Assembly (NCBI GenBank): GCA_963815115.1 | Contig: CAWFFN010000005.1 | Span: 416,001-480,000 of the forward strand | DNA from: an uncultured delta proteobacterium | GTDB lineage: Bacteria; Desulfobacterota; Binatia; DP-6 | Length of the DNA: 64,000 nucleotides | Direction of reading: 5' to 3' | Shown: positions 9,829 to 21,600 of the stretch, piece by piece | How positions within the stretch are numbered: position 1 is the stretch's first letter | Layout: every line of letters begins with the position of its first letter | The notes under the pieces: model-generated | Database searches by the model: none | Seen by the model: only the letters and a program-made list of their open reading frames with translations | What the model was told of the DNA's origin: nothing | Program-made: the position numbers and the translations under genes

Positions 9829-11468
9829 GTGACCGCCATGGCCTCAAGCGTGCCAGCGCCCGTGGGCGTGGTCGCCGGCGCCCGGCAGTTCGCCCGCTCG
9901 GTCATCATGGGACTGGTGGCCGTCGGGGTGATGACGCTCGTCGCACCCGTGCTCAGCTACCGGGCCGACGAGGCCACCATCCGGCAGCAGCTCCAGCTTC
10001 GCGTCTCGCGCGAGGCGCAGGCGTATGCCCAGGCGCTCCGGCTGTACTTCGAGCTCCTGCAGAACGACCTGGAGCGCCTCGCGCTGCGCCCGGAGATCGA
10101 TCTCTTCGACGGGTCGACCGCGCCGGAGCAAGTGCTGCTCGACGCCACGCATCGGGGCTCGGCGCTGTTCGGCGTCGGGGTCGCCGTCCTCGGACGCGAT
10201 GGCCGTCCGGTCTGGAGCGAGCCGAGAGACGTCCTCGCGCCGGCGGTGAGCGTGCGCAGCCAGCGCTGGTTCCAGGAGGTGCTGGCCCGCGGCGCGCCGG
10301 TGTTCGACTCCACGGCCGCACGCTCGCGGACCTTCGTCATCGGCGTTCCCATCACCAAGAGTGGCGGGATCTCCGGGGTGCTGGCCGGGTTCTTGAACGC
10401 GTCGTCCCAGCTCTTGCCGGGATGGCAGCAGCTTCTCGCCAACGACGACCTGCTCGTGATGAACGCGGCCGGCGATCTCCTGCTCCCCGAAAGTCCGCCG
10501 TCGTGGGCGCAGCAGGTGGACATGTCCGCGCTGATCGACCGGCTGCTCGCCGAGCCCGAGGGCACGCTCGTCGATCTCGGCGGCCGCCACGAGCTCGCGG
10601 CCGCGACGCTGATCGGGTCCACCGGCCTGCGCCTCGTGCTGGTCGCGAACGAGGATCGCGTCATCGCGCCCGCCCGGCGGCGGCTCCTGTGGCAGCTCGG
10701 CGTGACCGGCCTCCTGCAGATCGCCGCCGTCCTGCTGTTCTCGATGTTCTTCCGGCGCATCTACAATACCTTCCTGCGGGTGGAGGCGCGCGCGGCCGAG
10801 CAGGAGCGGATGGCGGCACTCGGCGCCGCGGCGTCGCTCATCGCCCACGAGGTGAAGAACTCGCTGAACGGGCTGCGCGCGGCGGCGGCCATGCAGGACG
10901 CCGACGGTGCCGGCGGGCTCGCCGCTCGCGCCATCCGGGGACAGACCGATCGCCTCGCACACCTCGCCAGCTCGCTGCTCCACTTCGGCGCGCCCGCCGA
11001 GCCACGCTCGATGCGCGCGCGCCTCGACGTGCTGGCGCAGGAGGCCGTCGACGGCCTGCGCGTGCTGCCCGAGTTCGACGAGGTGCGCCTGACGACCGAG
11101 CTGTCGCAGGCCGTGCCGGTGACGTGCGACCCCCTGCTGCTCACCACGGCGCTCGACAACCTGATCCGCAACGCCATCGAAGCCACGGTGGTGGCGAAGG
11201 ACCTGGGAGCCGTCGCGGAGCCCGCGGTGACCGTGGCCGCGGGGCAGTCGAACGGGCACGCCTACGTGGTCGTCGAGGACAACGCCGGGGGACCGCCGTC
11301 GGACATCGAGGCGCATCTCTTCGAGCCGTTCGTCACCTCGAAGCCCAAGGGGATCGGGCTCGGGCTCTCCATGGCCCGGCGGGCGGTCGAGCAGCAGGGC
11401 GGGTCGCTGTCGTTCGAGCGCAGCGCAGCCGGCAGCCGCTTCACCATCCGCCTGCCGGCGGAGGGACC

Positions 11469-11484
<16 letters not shown>
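9829..11484 (+). CDS. Membrane sensor histidine kinase with periplasmic Cache-like sensor
   Basis: Two TM segments; H-box IAHEVKNSL, N-box NLIRNAIEA, FEPFVTSK, GIGLGL. Start may be ATG 9838. Confidence 0.92.
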
Positions 11485-12821
<1,337 letters not shown>

Positions 12822-12842
12822 CGCCGGGGCCCCGGCAGCGAC

Positions 12843-12890
12843 TGCAAGTTCCTTTCAGCGGCAGGACGCGAGGACTGAAAGATTCTTGAA
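12843..12890. promoter_or_regulatory. Putative paired upstream activator sites for the NtrC-family regulator
   Basis: Two AT-rich imperfect palindromes, TGCAAGTTCCTTTCA (12843-12857) and TGAAAGATTCTTGAA (12876-12890), 33 bp apart and upstream of a sigma54 promoter. Confidence 0.55.
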
Positions 12891-12940
12891 GCCGCGGGCC
12901 TCCGCCACGGCGGGGGCCCACCCGGGACGGCCAGCCGCAG

Positions 12941-12957
12941 CTGGCCCGAAGATTGCG
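12941..12957 (+). promoter_or_regulatory. Sigma54 -24/-12 promoter of the efflux operon
   Basis: CTGGCCCG-AAGA-TTGCG matches TGGCACG-N4-TTGC, immediately upstream of the TolC-family gene. Confidence 0.8.
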
Positions 12958-12972
12958 AATAGGGGGTGAACC

Positions 12973-14289
12973 GTGCCGTCCGCCATGCGCCTTCTCCAGA
13001 CCCTGCTGCTGCTCGCCACCCTGGGGTCGCCCGCGTTCGCCCAGGACGTGCCGGCGAAGCTCGACCTCTCCCACGCCCCGGGCGACGACGTCATCGCCCA
13101 GCTCCTGTGGACGCGCTCGCCCGACCTGGTGGCCGCGCGCGCCAAGATGGCAACGGCGCAGAGCGACGTCGTGCGCTCCGGGCTGTTGCCGAACCCCTCG
13201 CTCGACGCGTCGTGGAACACCATTCCGGTCGGTCGAACCAATCCGCCCGACCTGAACGACCGCCTCGACCAGGTTCCCAACTACGCCTTCTCGCTGTCGA
13301 CGCTGGTCGAGATCGCCAAGCGCGGCCCGCGGCAACGTGCCGCGCGCAGCGCGTTCGACGCCGCCCTGCTCGACGCCTACGAGCTGCTGCGCCAGCGCTA
13401 CTACGACCTGAACGAGCGCATCGCGGAGGTGGCCGTCGCCCAGGTCCGCATCAGCGCGCTCGGCGACCTCGTCGCCGACGCGCACGCGCTCAGCCAGCTC
13501 CAGCACGAGCGAGCGAACCGCGGGGACACTCCGGGACTGGACGCGGACCGGGCCGCGCTCGAGGAGGAGAAGTACACGGCCAATCTGAGCGACGAACGCC
13601 AGAAGCTCTCGGAAGCGCTGCTCGAATGCTCGCACGTCGCCGGGGTGCCGTGCTCGGCGTTCGCCGGTGCGGACCAGGCGTCGGCCTTCCTGACGAACGG
13701 CGTGCCCGTCCCGGAGAGCGATCCCGAGCGGCGTCCCGACCTGCGCTCGCTGGCGGCGCAGCAGGACAGCGCGCGCGCGTCGCTCGAGCTGGCGCACAAC
13801 CGGCGCATCCCCGACCCGACCTTCCGCCTCGGCTACCTGTACGACCAGTTCACCATCTCCGGGAACCAGCGCAACAGCATCTTTGCGGGCGTCACGCTGC
13901 CGCTGCCGGTGTTCGACCACGGTCAGGCCGACGCGCTCCAGGCGGTGGCGTCGGAGGATGCGGCGGGGCGCGCCCGCGAGCTGCTGCGCACCCAGGCGGA
14001 GCGCGATGCGACCGCGCTGGCAGCGCAGGCGCGCGACCTCGCTGCCCGGCGCCGGACGCTGTCGGAGACGAGCCTCCCGCTGGCGCGCCGCCTCGTGGAT
14101 ACGCTCGAGAAGGCCGTCCGCCAGGGCGGAACGTCGCAGACCGAGCTGCTGCTCGCGCGGCGCGGTCTGGGCGAGCTGCTGCTCGACTCCGCCGACGTCC
14201 AGCAGCAGTCGTTCCACGTCGCCGCGGCACTGGCCCGCAACGGACCGACCGGTCCTCCGCCACCGGCCGACCTCGCCCCCGCACTCTGA
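12973..14289 (+). CDS. czcC: TolC/CzcC-family outer membrane efflux protein
   Basis: Signal peptide (PAFA-Q); LLPNPSL, RPDLRSL, RIPDPTF, PLPVFDHGQ; first gene of the CBA operon. Start is GTG 12973 or ATG 12985. Confidence 0.85.
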   Translation: MPSAMRLLQTLLLLATLGSPAFAQDVPAKLDLSHAPGDDVIAQLLWTRSPDLVAARAKMATAQSDVVRSGLLPNPSLDASWNTIPVGRTNPPDLNDRLDQVPNYAFSLSTLVEIAKRGPRQRAARSAFDAALLDAYELLRQRYYDLNERIAEVAVAQVRISALGDLVADAHALSQLQHERANRGDTPGLDADRAALEEEKYTANLSDERQKLSEALLECSHVAGVPCSAFAGADQASAFLTNGVPVPESDPERRPDLRSLAAQQDSARASLELAHNRRIPDPTFRLGYLYDQFTISGNQRNSIFAGVTLPLPVFDHGQADALQAVASEDAAGRARELLRTQAERDATALAAQARDLAARRRTLSETSLPLARRLVDTLEKAVRQGGTSQTELLLARRGLGELLLDSADVQQQSFHVAAALARNGPTGPPPPADLAPAL

Positions 14290-14309
14290 AGACGCTGATG
14301 GGAGCCGAC

Positions 14310-15509
14310 ATGACCAACGCCACGAATGCCATGCCCGATCCGCTTCACGATCGACCTCCGGTGCCACCGAGCCCACCGCGCCGGCGCGCGCTCGCGGGCG
14401 TCGTCCTCGTCGGCGCGCTCGCGCTCATCGCCTGGTTCGCGCTGCGCGGCGGTCACGAGCCGCCCGCGGCGACGTCGACCCTGAGCGTCGCCGGCGACGC
14501 CATCACGCTCTCCGAGAACGCGCCGCAGTGGAACTACCTGGAGCTCGCGGTGGCGGAGGAGAAGCCGGCCCTGTCGCCGCCGCCCGCGCCCGGCCGGGTC
14601 ACCTTCGACGAGAAGCGCAGCGCGGCGGCGGGGAGCCCGCTGCCCGGTCGCATCGAGCAGGTCCAGGTGCGGCTCGGCGATCAGGTGAAGACGGGTGACC
14701 GCCTGTTCGCGGTGCGTAGCGGAGCGCTCGCCGACCTGGACCGGGACCTCGAATCGGCACGCAACGAGGTGGCGGCCAAGACGCGCATCGCGGAGCGTGC
14801 CCGGGAGCTGGTCGCGTTGCGCGCGGCGCCGGAGAAGGATCAGCTCGCGGCGGAGGAGGATCTGCGCCAGTCGCAGCTCGCGCTGCGCGCGGCGACTGCC
14901 AAGCGCGAGAGCCTGAACGCCACCATCGAGGGCGACACGCGCTTCTGGGTGACGGCTCCGCGGGACGGCACGGTGGTCGAGCTGGACGCGTCGGCGGGCC
15001 TCGAGGTCGGGCCGGAGCGCGACAAGCCGCTGCTGCGACTGTCCAACATCGACCAGGTGCTGGTGCTCGCCGACCTCCAGGAGCAGGACGCCTACGACCT
15101 CTCCGTCGGTGCGCCGGTGACGATCCAGACTCCGACCGGGGATGTGAAACGTCGCGGCGTGGTCGAGCAGATATCGCAGGTGGTCGATCCGCAGCGCCAC
15201 ACGGTCGAGGTCCGGGCGCGGCTCGACAACGCCGACCACGCGCTGCGCCCGAACGCCTTCGTCGAGGTCAGCCTGGCTCCCGACCCGGCGCGGCAGCGTG
15301 TCCGGGTGCCGGGCGAGGCCGTGGTGAGCGACGGCAAGCAGAACGTGGTGTTCGTGACCCACGACGCCGGACGTCTCGAGCGGGTTCCCGTCACGGTCGG
15401 CCGGCGCCGCGACGGCGAGGTCGAGCTGCAGGACGGCCTGGCCCCCGGCACGCGCTACGTCGCGAAGGGCGCCATCCTCCTGCTCAACCAGATCGACCTG
15501 TCGACCTGA
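14310..15509 (+). CDS. czcB: RND periplasmic adaptor (CzcB/CusB family)
   Basis: GGAG RBS before ATG 14310; N-terminal TM; PGRIEQVQVRLGDQVKTGD lipoyl half, APRDGTV, VDPQRHTVEVR, LRPNAF. Confidence 0.88.
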   Translation: MTNATNAMPDPLHDRPPVPPSPPRRRALAGVVLVGALALIAWFALRGGHEPPAATSTLSVAGDAITLSENAPQWNYLELAVAEEKPALSPPPAPGRVTFDEKRSAAAGSPLPGRIEQVQVRLGDQVKTGDRLFAVRSGALADLDRDLESARNEVAAKTRIAERARELVALRAAPEKDQLAAEEDLRQSQLALRAATAKRESLNATIEGDTRFWVTAPRDGTVVELDASAGLEVGPERDKPLLRLSNIDQVLVLADLQEQDAYDLSVGAPVTIQTPTGDVKRRGVVEQISQVVDPQRHTVEVRARLDNADHALRPNAFVEVSLAPDPARQRVRVPGEAVVSDGKQNVVFVTHDAGRLERVPVTVGRRRDGEVELQDGLAPGTRYVAKGAILLLNQIDLST

Positions 15510-15517
15510 GCGACCGC

Positions 15518-18500
15518 ATGCTCGATCGCCTCGTCAGCTTCTCGCTGCGCAACCGCGCCGCGGTCATCGCCTTCACCCTGATCGTCGCGGTCTGGGGCTG
15601 GGTCTCGTTCCGCGCCCTCACCATCGAGGCCTTCCCCGATCCGACCGATACCCAGGTGAACGTGATCACCGTCTTCCCGGGGCAGCCCTCCGAGGAGGTC
15701 GAGCGCCAGATCGGGCTCCCGGTCGAGCGCGCGCTGAACGGCACCCCCGGTCTGGCGACCCTGCGCAATCTCTCGCTGTTCGGTCTGTCGTCGGTGACGC
15801 TCACGTTCAACGACGGCGTCGACGGACAGTGGGCGCGCCAGCAGGTGCTCGAGCGGCTGCGCGACGCCGACCTGCCCGACGGCGTGACGCCCGAGCTCGG
15901 GCCCTTCGCCACCCCGATCGGCGAGGTCTACCGCTACACGCTGCGCGGGGCCAAGGGCGATCCGATGGAGCTGCGCACCCTCCAGGACTGGGTGGTGCGT
16001 CCGGCGCTGATGCGGGTGAACGGCGTCGCCGACGTCGTCAGCTACGGCGGGCTGGTGCGCGAGATCCACGTCATGCCCGACCCGCTCAAGCTCGCGGGCT
16101 ACGGGCTCACGCTGGCCGACCTCGAGCAGGCGATCAAGGAGGGCTCGGTCAACGCCAGCGGCGGGGTGCTCGAGCGCGGCGCGGAGCAGTTCGTCATTCG
16201 CAGCCAGGGGCTCTTCCAGTCGCTCGACGACCTGCGCGCCGTGCGCGTCGCCACCAACGACGGCACGCCGGTGCTGCTGCAGGACGTCGCCAGCGTGGAC
16301 GAGGGCTGGGCGCCCCGCCAGGGCGTGGTGAGCCGCGGCACCGGCTACGACACCGTCGAGGGCATCGTGCTCATGCGCCGCGGCGAGAACCCCTCCGCCG
16401 TGCTGGAGCGGCTGCGCGACGCCGTGCAGCAGGTGAACGTCCGCCTGGCGGACGATCAGGCGTCGATCGATCCGTTCTACGATCGCACCGATCTGGTGGG
16501 CACGACGCTGCACACCGTCGGCCACAATCTCCTCGAGGGCGGCCTCCTCGTCACGCTGGTGCTCTTCGCCTTCCTGCTCGACCTGCGCGCGGCGCTCATC
16601 GTCGCGGTGCTGATCCCGCTCTCGCTCCTGGTGTCGTTCATCTACCTGAAGCTGCGCGGCCTGTCCGCGAACCTGCTCTCCATGGGCGCCGTCGACTTCG
16701 GCGTCATCGTCGACGGCGGCGTGGTCATCATCGAGAGCATCCTGACGGCGCTCGCGAGGGAGGAGCCCGGACAGCGGCTCGAGTCCGCCCAGGACATCGA
16801 CGACCGCATCCAGCAGGCGACGCGCTCCGTCGTGCGGCCGACGGTGTTCGCGCTCCTCATCATCATCGCCGCCTACCTGCCCATCTTCATGCTCCAGCGC
16901 GTCGAGGGCCGCATCTTCGCCCCCATGGCGAACACGGTGGTGGCGGCGCTGGTGGGCGCGCTGCTGTTCTCGGTGATCCTGGTCCCGGTCCTGGCCTCGC
17001 TGGCCTATCGCAGACGGCCGCGCCACCGGGAGTCGCCGCTGCTGCGCTGGGCGTCGCGCGCCTACGAGCCGACGCTGGCCTGGGCGCTCGGACACCCCTG
17101 GCTGACGCTCGGCGGCGCGGGCCTGCTGCTGCTCGGCACCGTCGCGCTCATGCCGCGTCTCGGCTCGGAGTTCCTGCCCGAGCTGAACGAGGGCGCGCTC
17201 TACGTCGACTTCACCCTGCCGTCCAACGTGTCGCTGTCGGAGGGCCGCAAGATCGTCCCGCGGCTGACGAGCATCTTCCTGGCCCAGCCGCAGGCGGACC
17301 AGATCATGTCGCAGCTCGGCCGCCCCGAGGACGGGACCGACCCGAAGCTGTCCAACAACCTGGAGTTCTTCATCAGGCTCAAGCCGCCCGCGGAGTGGCC
17401 GGCCGAGACCCGCTCGATCGGCCAGGTGATCGACTCGATGTCGCGTGCGACGGCGAGCGTACCCGGAGTCGAGGTCAACTTCTCGCAGCCGATTCGCGAC
17501 AACGTGAACGAGAACATCAGCGGGCAGTTCGGGCAGGTCGCCGCCAAGATCTTCGGTGACGATCTCGACGTCATGCAGAGGCAGGCGGAGCGGGTGAAGG
17601 ACGTGATCGCCACGGTGCCCGGCGTGGCCGACCTGGCGATCGTGAAGAGCGGGGAGGTCCCGCAGATCCAGGTGAATCCCGACCGCCTGGCGCTGGCCCG
17701 CTACGGCATGGCGCTGGGCGACTTCCAGCACGCCTTCCAGAACGCGGTGGGCGGCAGTCCGGTGGCGGACTACTGGGAGGGAGAGCGGCGGTTCGACGTC
17801 GTCACCCGCTTCCCGCTGTCGGCCCGCGAGGACGTCGAGGAGCTGCGCCAGCTACGCATCCCGGTGGCGGGCGGCGTGGCCGTCCCGCTCGACGCGCTGG
17901 CGAGGATCGACCTCGGCTACGGCCGCGCCTCGATCGGCCGCGAGAACGGGCGGCGCTACATCGGCATCCGCATGAACGTGCGGGGGCGCGATCTCGGCGG
18001 CTTCGTCGAGGAGGCGCGCGCCAAGGTGGCGGCCCAGGCCCCCAACCCGGCGGGGGTGCAGATCGAGTGGGGCGGCGAGTTCGAGAACAAGGAGCGCGCC
18101 ATGGCCCGGCTGGCGGTGGTCGTGCCGGTGGCGCTGGTGATCACGCTGGTGCTGCTCTTCAAGGCGTTCGACTCCTTCTCGCTGGCGGTGCTGACGCTGC
18201 TGAACGTGCCGTTCGCGCTGCTCGGCGGGGTGATCGGGCTCTACCTGGCGGGGATGCCGATGTCGGTGGCGGCGGCGGTGGGGTTCATCGCGCTGATCGG
18301 GCAGGCGTCGCTCAACGGGGTGCTGGTGCTGTCGGCGATCGCGGAGCAGCGTGAGCGCGGGGAGCGGCTGCGGGCGGCGATCGTGGGGGGGTGCCGGCAG
18401 CGGCTGCGGCCGGTGCTGATGACGGCGTCGCTGGCGGCGCTGGGGCTGGTGCCGGCGGCGATGAGCCGGGGGATCGGGTCGGAGACGCAGCGGCCGCTGG

Positions 18501-18652
18501 CGGTGGTGATCGTGTGCGGGACGCTGTCGGCGTGCGTGCTGACGCTGGTGCTGCTGCCGGTGATGTACCAGGTGTTCGCGCGCGCGACGGCCCGGGTCCA
18601 GCCGCGGCTGCGCGCGCACCGCGTGAGATTGGTGTCGGCGTTGAGTCGATAG
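15518..18652 (+). CDS. czcA: CzcA/CusA-family heavy-metal RND permease, copy 1
   Basis: 1044 aa; IEAFPDPT, LRTLQDWVVRP, NLLEG, SMGAVDFGVIVDGGVVIIE, EFLPELNEG, RLRPVLMTA. Confidence 0.93.
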   Translation: MLDRLVSFSLRNRAAVIAFTLIVAVWGWVSFRALTIEAFPDPTDTQVNVITVFPGQPSEEVERQIGLPVERALNGTPGLATLRNLSLFGLSSVTLTFNDGVDGQWARQQVLERLRDADLPDGVTPELGPFATPIGEVYRYTLRGAKGDPMELRTLQDWVVRPALMRVNGVADVVSYGGLVREIHVMPDPLKLAGYGLTLADLEQAIKEGSVNASGGVLERGAEQFVIRSQGLFQSLDDLRAVRVATNDGTPVLLQDVASVDEGWAPRQGVVSRGTGYDTVEGIVLMRRGENPSAVLERLRDAVQQVNVRLADDQASIDPFYDRTDLVGTTLHTVGHNLLEGGLLVTLVLFAFLLDLRAALIVAVLIPLSLLVSFIYLKLRGLSANLLSMGAVDFGVIVDGGVVIIESILTALAREEPGQRLESAQDIDDRIQQATRSVVRPTVFALLIIIAAYLPIFMLQRVEGRIFAPMANTVVAALVGALLFSVILVPVLASLAYRRRPRHRESPLLRWASRAYEPTLAWALGHPWLTLGGAGLLLLGTVALMPRLGSEFLPELNEGALYVDFTLPSNVSLSEGRKIVPRLTSIFLAQPQADQIMSQLGRPEDGTDPKLSNNLEFFIRLKPPAEWPAETRSIGQVIDSMSRATASVPGVEVNFSQPIRDNVNENISGQFGQVAAKIFGDDLDVMQRQAERVKDVIATVPGVADLAIVKSGEVPQIQVNPDRLALARYGMALGDFQHAFQNAVGGSPVADYWEGERRFDVVTRFPLSAREDVEELRQLRIPVAGGVAVPLDALARIDLGYGRASIGRENGRRYIGIRMNVRGRDLGGFVEEARAKVAAQAPNPAGVQIEWGGEFENKERAMARLAVVVPVALVITLVLLFKAFDSFSLAVLTLLNVPFALLGGVIGLYLAGMPMSVAAAVGFIALIGQASLNGVLVLSAIAEQRERGERLRAAIVGGCRQRLRPVLMTASLAALGLVPAAMSRGIGSETQRPLAVVIVCGTLSACVLTLVLLPVMYQVFARATARVQPRLRAHRVRLVSALSR
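18110..18587 (+). repeat. Segment that looks nucleotide-identical to 21289-21766 (3' TM region of the two RND genes)
   Basis: Visual comparison at offset 3179; the ORF track also shows an identical shadow peptide at 17956-18162 and 21135-21341. Confidence 0.85.
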
Positions 18653-18699
18653 AAGCGCGCTACGGAATCGAGAAGTGCTCGCTCAGGGGGGAGCGTGAC

Positions 18700-21600
18700 A
18701 TGCTGGATCGGCTCGTCGGTTTCTCGCTCAGGAACCGTGCCGCGGTGCTGTTCTTCACGCTCGTGGTGGCCGCCTGGGGCTGGGTCTCGTTCCGCGCGCT
18801 GACCATCGAGGCCTTCCCGGATCCGACCGACACGCAGGTGAACGTCATCACGCTCTTCCCCGGGCAGCCCACCGAGGAGGTCGAGCGCCAGATCGGGTTG
18901 CCGATCGAGCGTGCGCTGAACGGCACGCCGGGCCTGTCGCGGCTGCGCAACCTGTCCCTCTTCGGCCTCTCCTACGTCACCCTCACCTTCAAGGATGGCG
19001 TCGAGGGGCAGTGGGCGCGCCAGCAGGTGCTCGAGCGCCTGCGCGACGCCGACCTGCCCGACGGCGTGACGCCCGAGCTCGGCCCCTTCGCCACCCCGAT
19101 CGGCGAGGTCTACCGCTACACGCTGCGCGGGGCGAAGGGCGATCCCATGAAGCTGCGCACCCTCCAGGACTGGGTGGTCCGCCCGGCCCTGATGCGAGTG
19201 GACGGCGTCGCCGACGTCGTCAGCTACGGCGGGCTGGTGCGCGAGATGCACGTGCTTCCCGATCCGCTGCGGCTCGCGACCTTCGGCCTCACCCTCGCCG
19301 ACCTCGAGCAGGCGATCAAGGCGGGCTCGGTCAACGCCAGCGGCGGCGTCCTCGAGCGGGGTGCCGAGCAGTTCGTCATCCGCAGCGAGGGACTCTTCCA
19401 GTCGCTCGACGACCTGCGCGCGGTGCGGGTCGCCACCAACGACGGCACGCCGGTCTTCCTGAAGGACGTGGCGACCGTGGAGGAGGGCTGGGCGCCGCGC
19501 CAGGGCGTGGTGAGCCGCAGCGCCGACTACGATACCGTCGAGGGCATCGTGCTCATGCGCCGCGGCGAGAATCCCTCCGCCGTCCTCGCGCTGCTCCGCG
19601 ATGCCGTGGAGCAGGTGAACGCGCGCCTCGCCGACGACGGCGCGAAGGTGCGCGCCTTCTACGATCGCACCGATCTGGTGGGCACGACGCTGCACACCGT
19701 CGGCCACAACCTCCTCGAGGGCGGCCTCCTCGTCACCCTGGTGCTCTTCGCCTTCCTGCTCGACCTGCGCGCGGCGCTCATCGTCGCGGTGCTGATCCCG
19801 CTCTCGCTCCTGGTGTCGTTCATCTACCTGCAGCTCCGCGGCCTGTCCGCGAACCTGCTCTCCATGGGGGCCGTCGACTTCGGCGTCATCGTCGACGGCG
19901 GGGTCGTGATCATCGAGAGCATCCTCACCAGGCTGTCGGCGACCGTCCCCGGGGAGCCCGCCGGTCGCTTCAATCCCGACGAGCGCATCCAGCAGGCGAC
20001 GCACGCGGTGGTGCGGCCGACGGTGTTCGCGCTCCTCATCATCATCGCCGCCTACCTCCCCATCTTCATGCTCCAGCGCGTCGAGGGCCGCATCTTCGCC
20101 CCCATGGCGAACACGGTGGTGGCGGCGCTGGTGGGCGCGCTGCTGTTCTCGGTGATCCTGGTCCCGGTCCTGGCCTCGCTGGTCTATCGCAAGCCGCTGC
20201 GCCACCGGGAGTCGCCGCTCCTGCGCTGGGCGTCGCGGACGTACGAGCCGACGCTGGCGTGGGCGCTCGGACACCCCTGGCTCACGCTCGGCGGCGCGGG
20301 CCTGCTCCTGCTCGGCACCGTCGCGCTCATGCCGCGTCTCGGCTCGGAGTTCCTGCCCGAGCTGAACGAGGGCGCGCTCTACGTCACCTTCACGCTGCCG
20401 TCCAACGTCTCGCTGTCGGAGGGCCGCAAGATGATCCCGCGGCTGACGAGCATCTTCCTGGCGCAGCCGCAGGCGGACGAGATCATGTCGCAGCTCGGCC
20501 GCCCGGAGGACGGGACGGATGCGACGCTCACCAACAACCTCGAGTTCTTCCTGAAGCTCAAGGAGCCGGCGGACTGGCCCCCGGACACGCGCTCGATCGG
20601 GGAGGTGATCGCCTCGATCTCGCAGGCCGTGGCGGTCGTTCCGGGCGTGGAGGCAAACTTCTCCCAGCCGATCCGAGACAACGTGAACGAGAACATCAGC
20701 GGCCAGTTCGGACAGATCGCCGTCAAGCTGTACGGCGACGACCTGGACGTGCTGCAGAACCAGGCCGAGCGCGTGAAGGACGTCGTCGCGACGGTGCCCG
20801 GCGTGGCCGACCTGGGAATCGTGAAGAGCGGGGAGGTGCCCCAGATCAAGGTGAAGCCGGACCGCGTGGCGCTGGCCCGTTACGGCATGGCGCTGGGCGA
20901 CTTCCAGCATGCCTTCCAGACCGCGGTGGGCGGCAGCCCGGTGGCGGACTACTGGGAGGGAGAGCGGCGCTTCGACGTCATCACGCGGCTGCCGCTGTCG
21001 ACCCGCGAGGACGTCGAGGAGCTGCGCCAGCTGCGCATCCCGGTGGCGGGCGGCGTGGCCGTCCCGCTCGATGCGCTGGCGAAGGTGGGGGTGGGATACG
21101 GGCGCGCCTCGATCAGCCGCGAGAACGGGCGGCGCTACATCGGCATCCGCATGAACGTGCGGGGGCGCGATCTCGGCGGCTTCGTCGAGGAGGCGCGCGC
21201 CAGGGTGGCGGCCCAGGCCCCCAACCCGGCCGGCGTGCAGATCGAGTGGGGCGGCGAGTTCGAGAACAAGGAGCGCGCCATGGCGCGGCTGGCGGTGGTC
21301 GTGCCGGTGGCGCTGGTGATCACGCTGGTGCTGCTCTTCAAGGCGTTCGACTCCTTCTCGCTGGCGGTGCTGACGCTGCTGAACGTGCCGTTCGCGCTGC
21401 TCGGCGGGGTGATCGGGCTCTACCTGGCGGGGATGCCGATGTCGGTGGCGGCGGCGGTGGGGTTCATCGCGCTGATCGGGCAGGCGTCGCTCAACGGGGT
21501 GCTGGTGCTGTCGGCGATCGCGGAGCAGCGTGAGCGCGGGGAGCGGCTGCGGGCGGCGATCGTGGGGGGGTGCCGGCAGCGGCTGCGGCCGGTGCTGATG

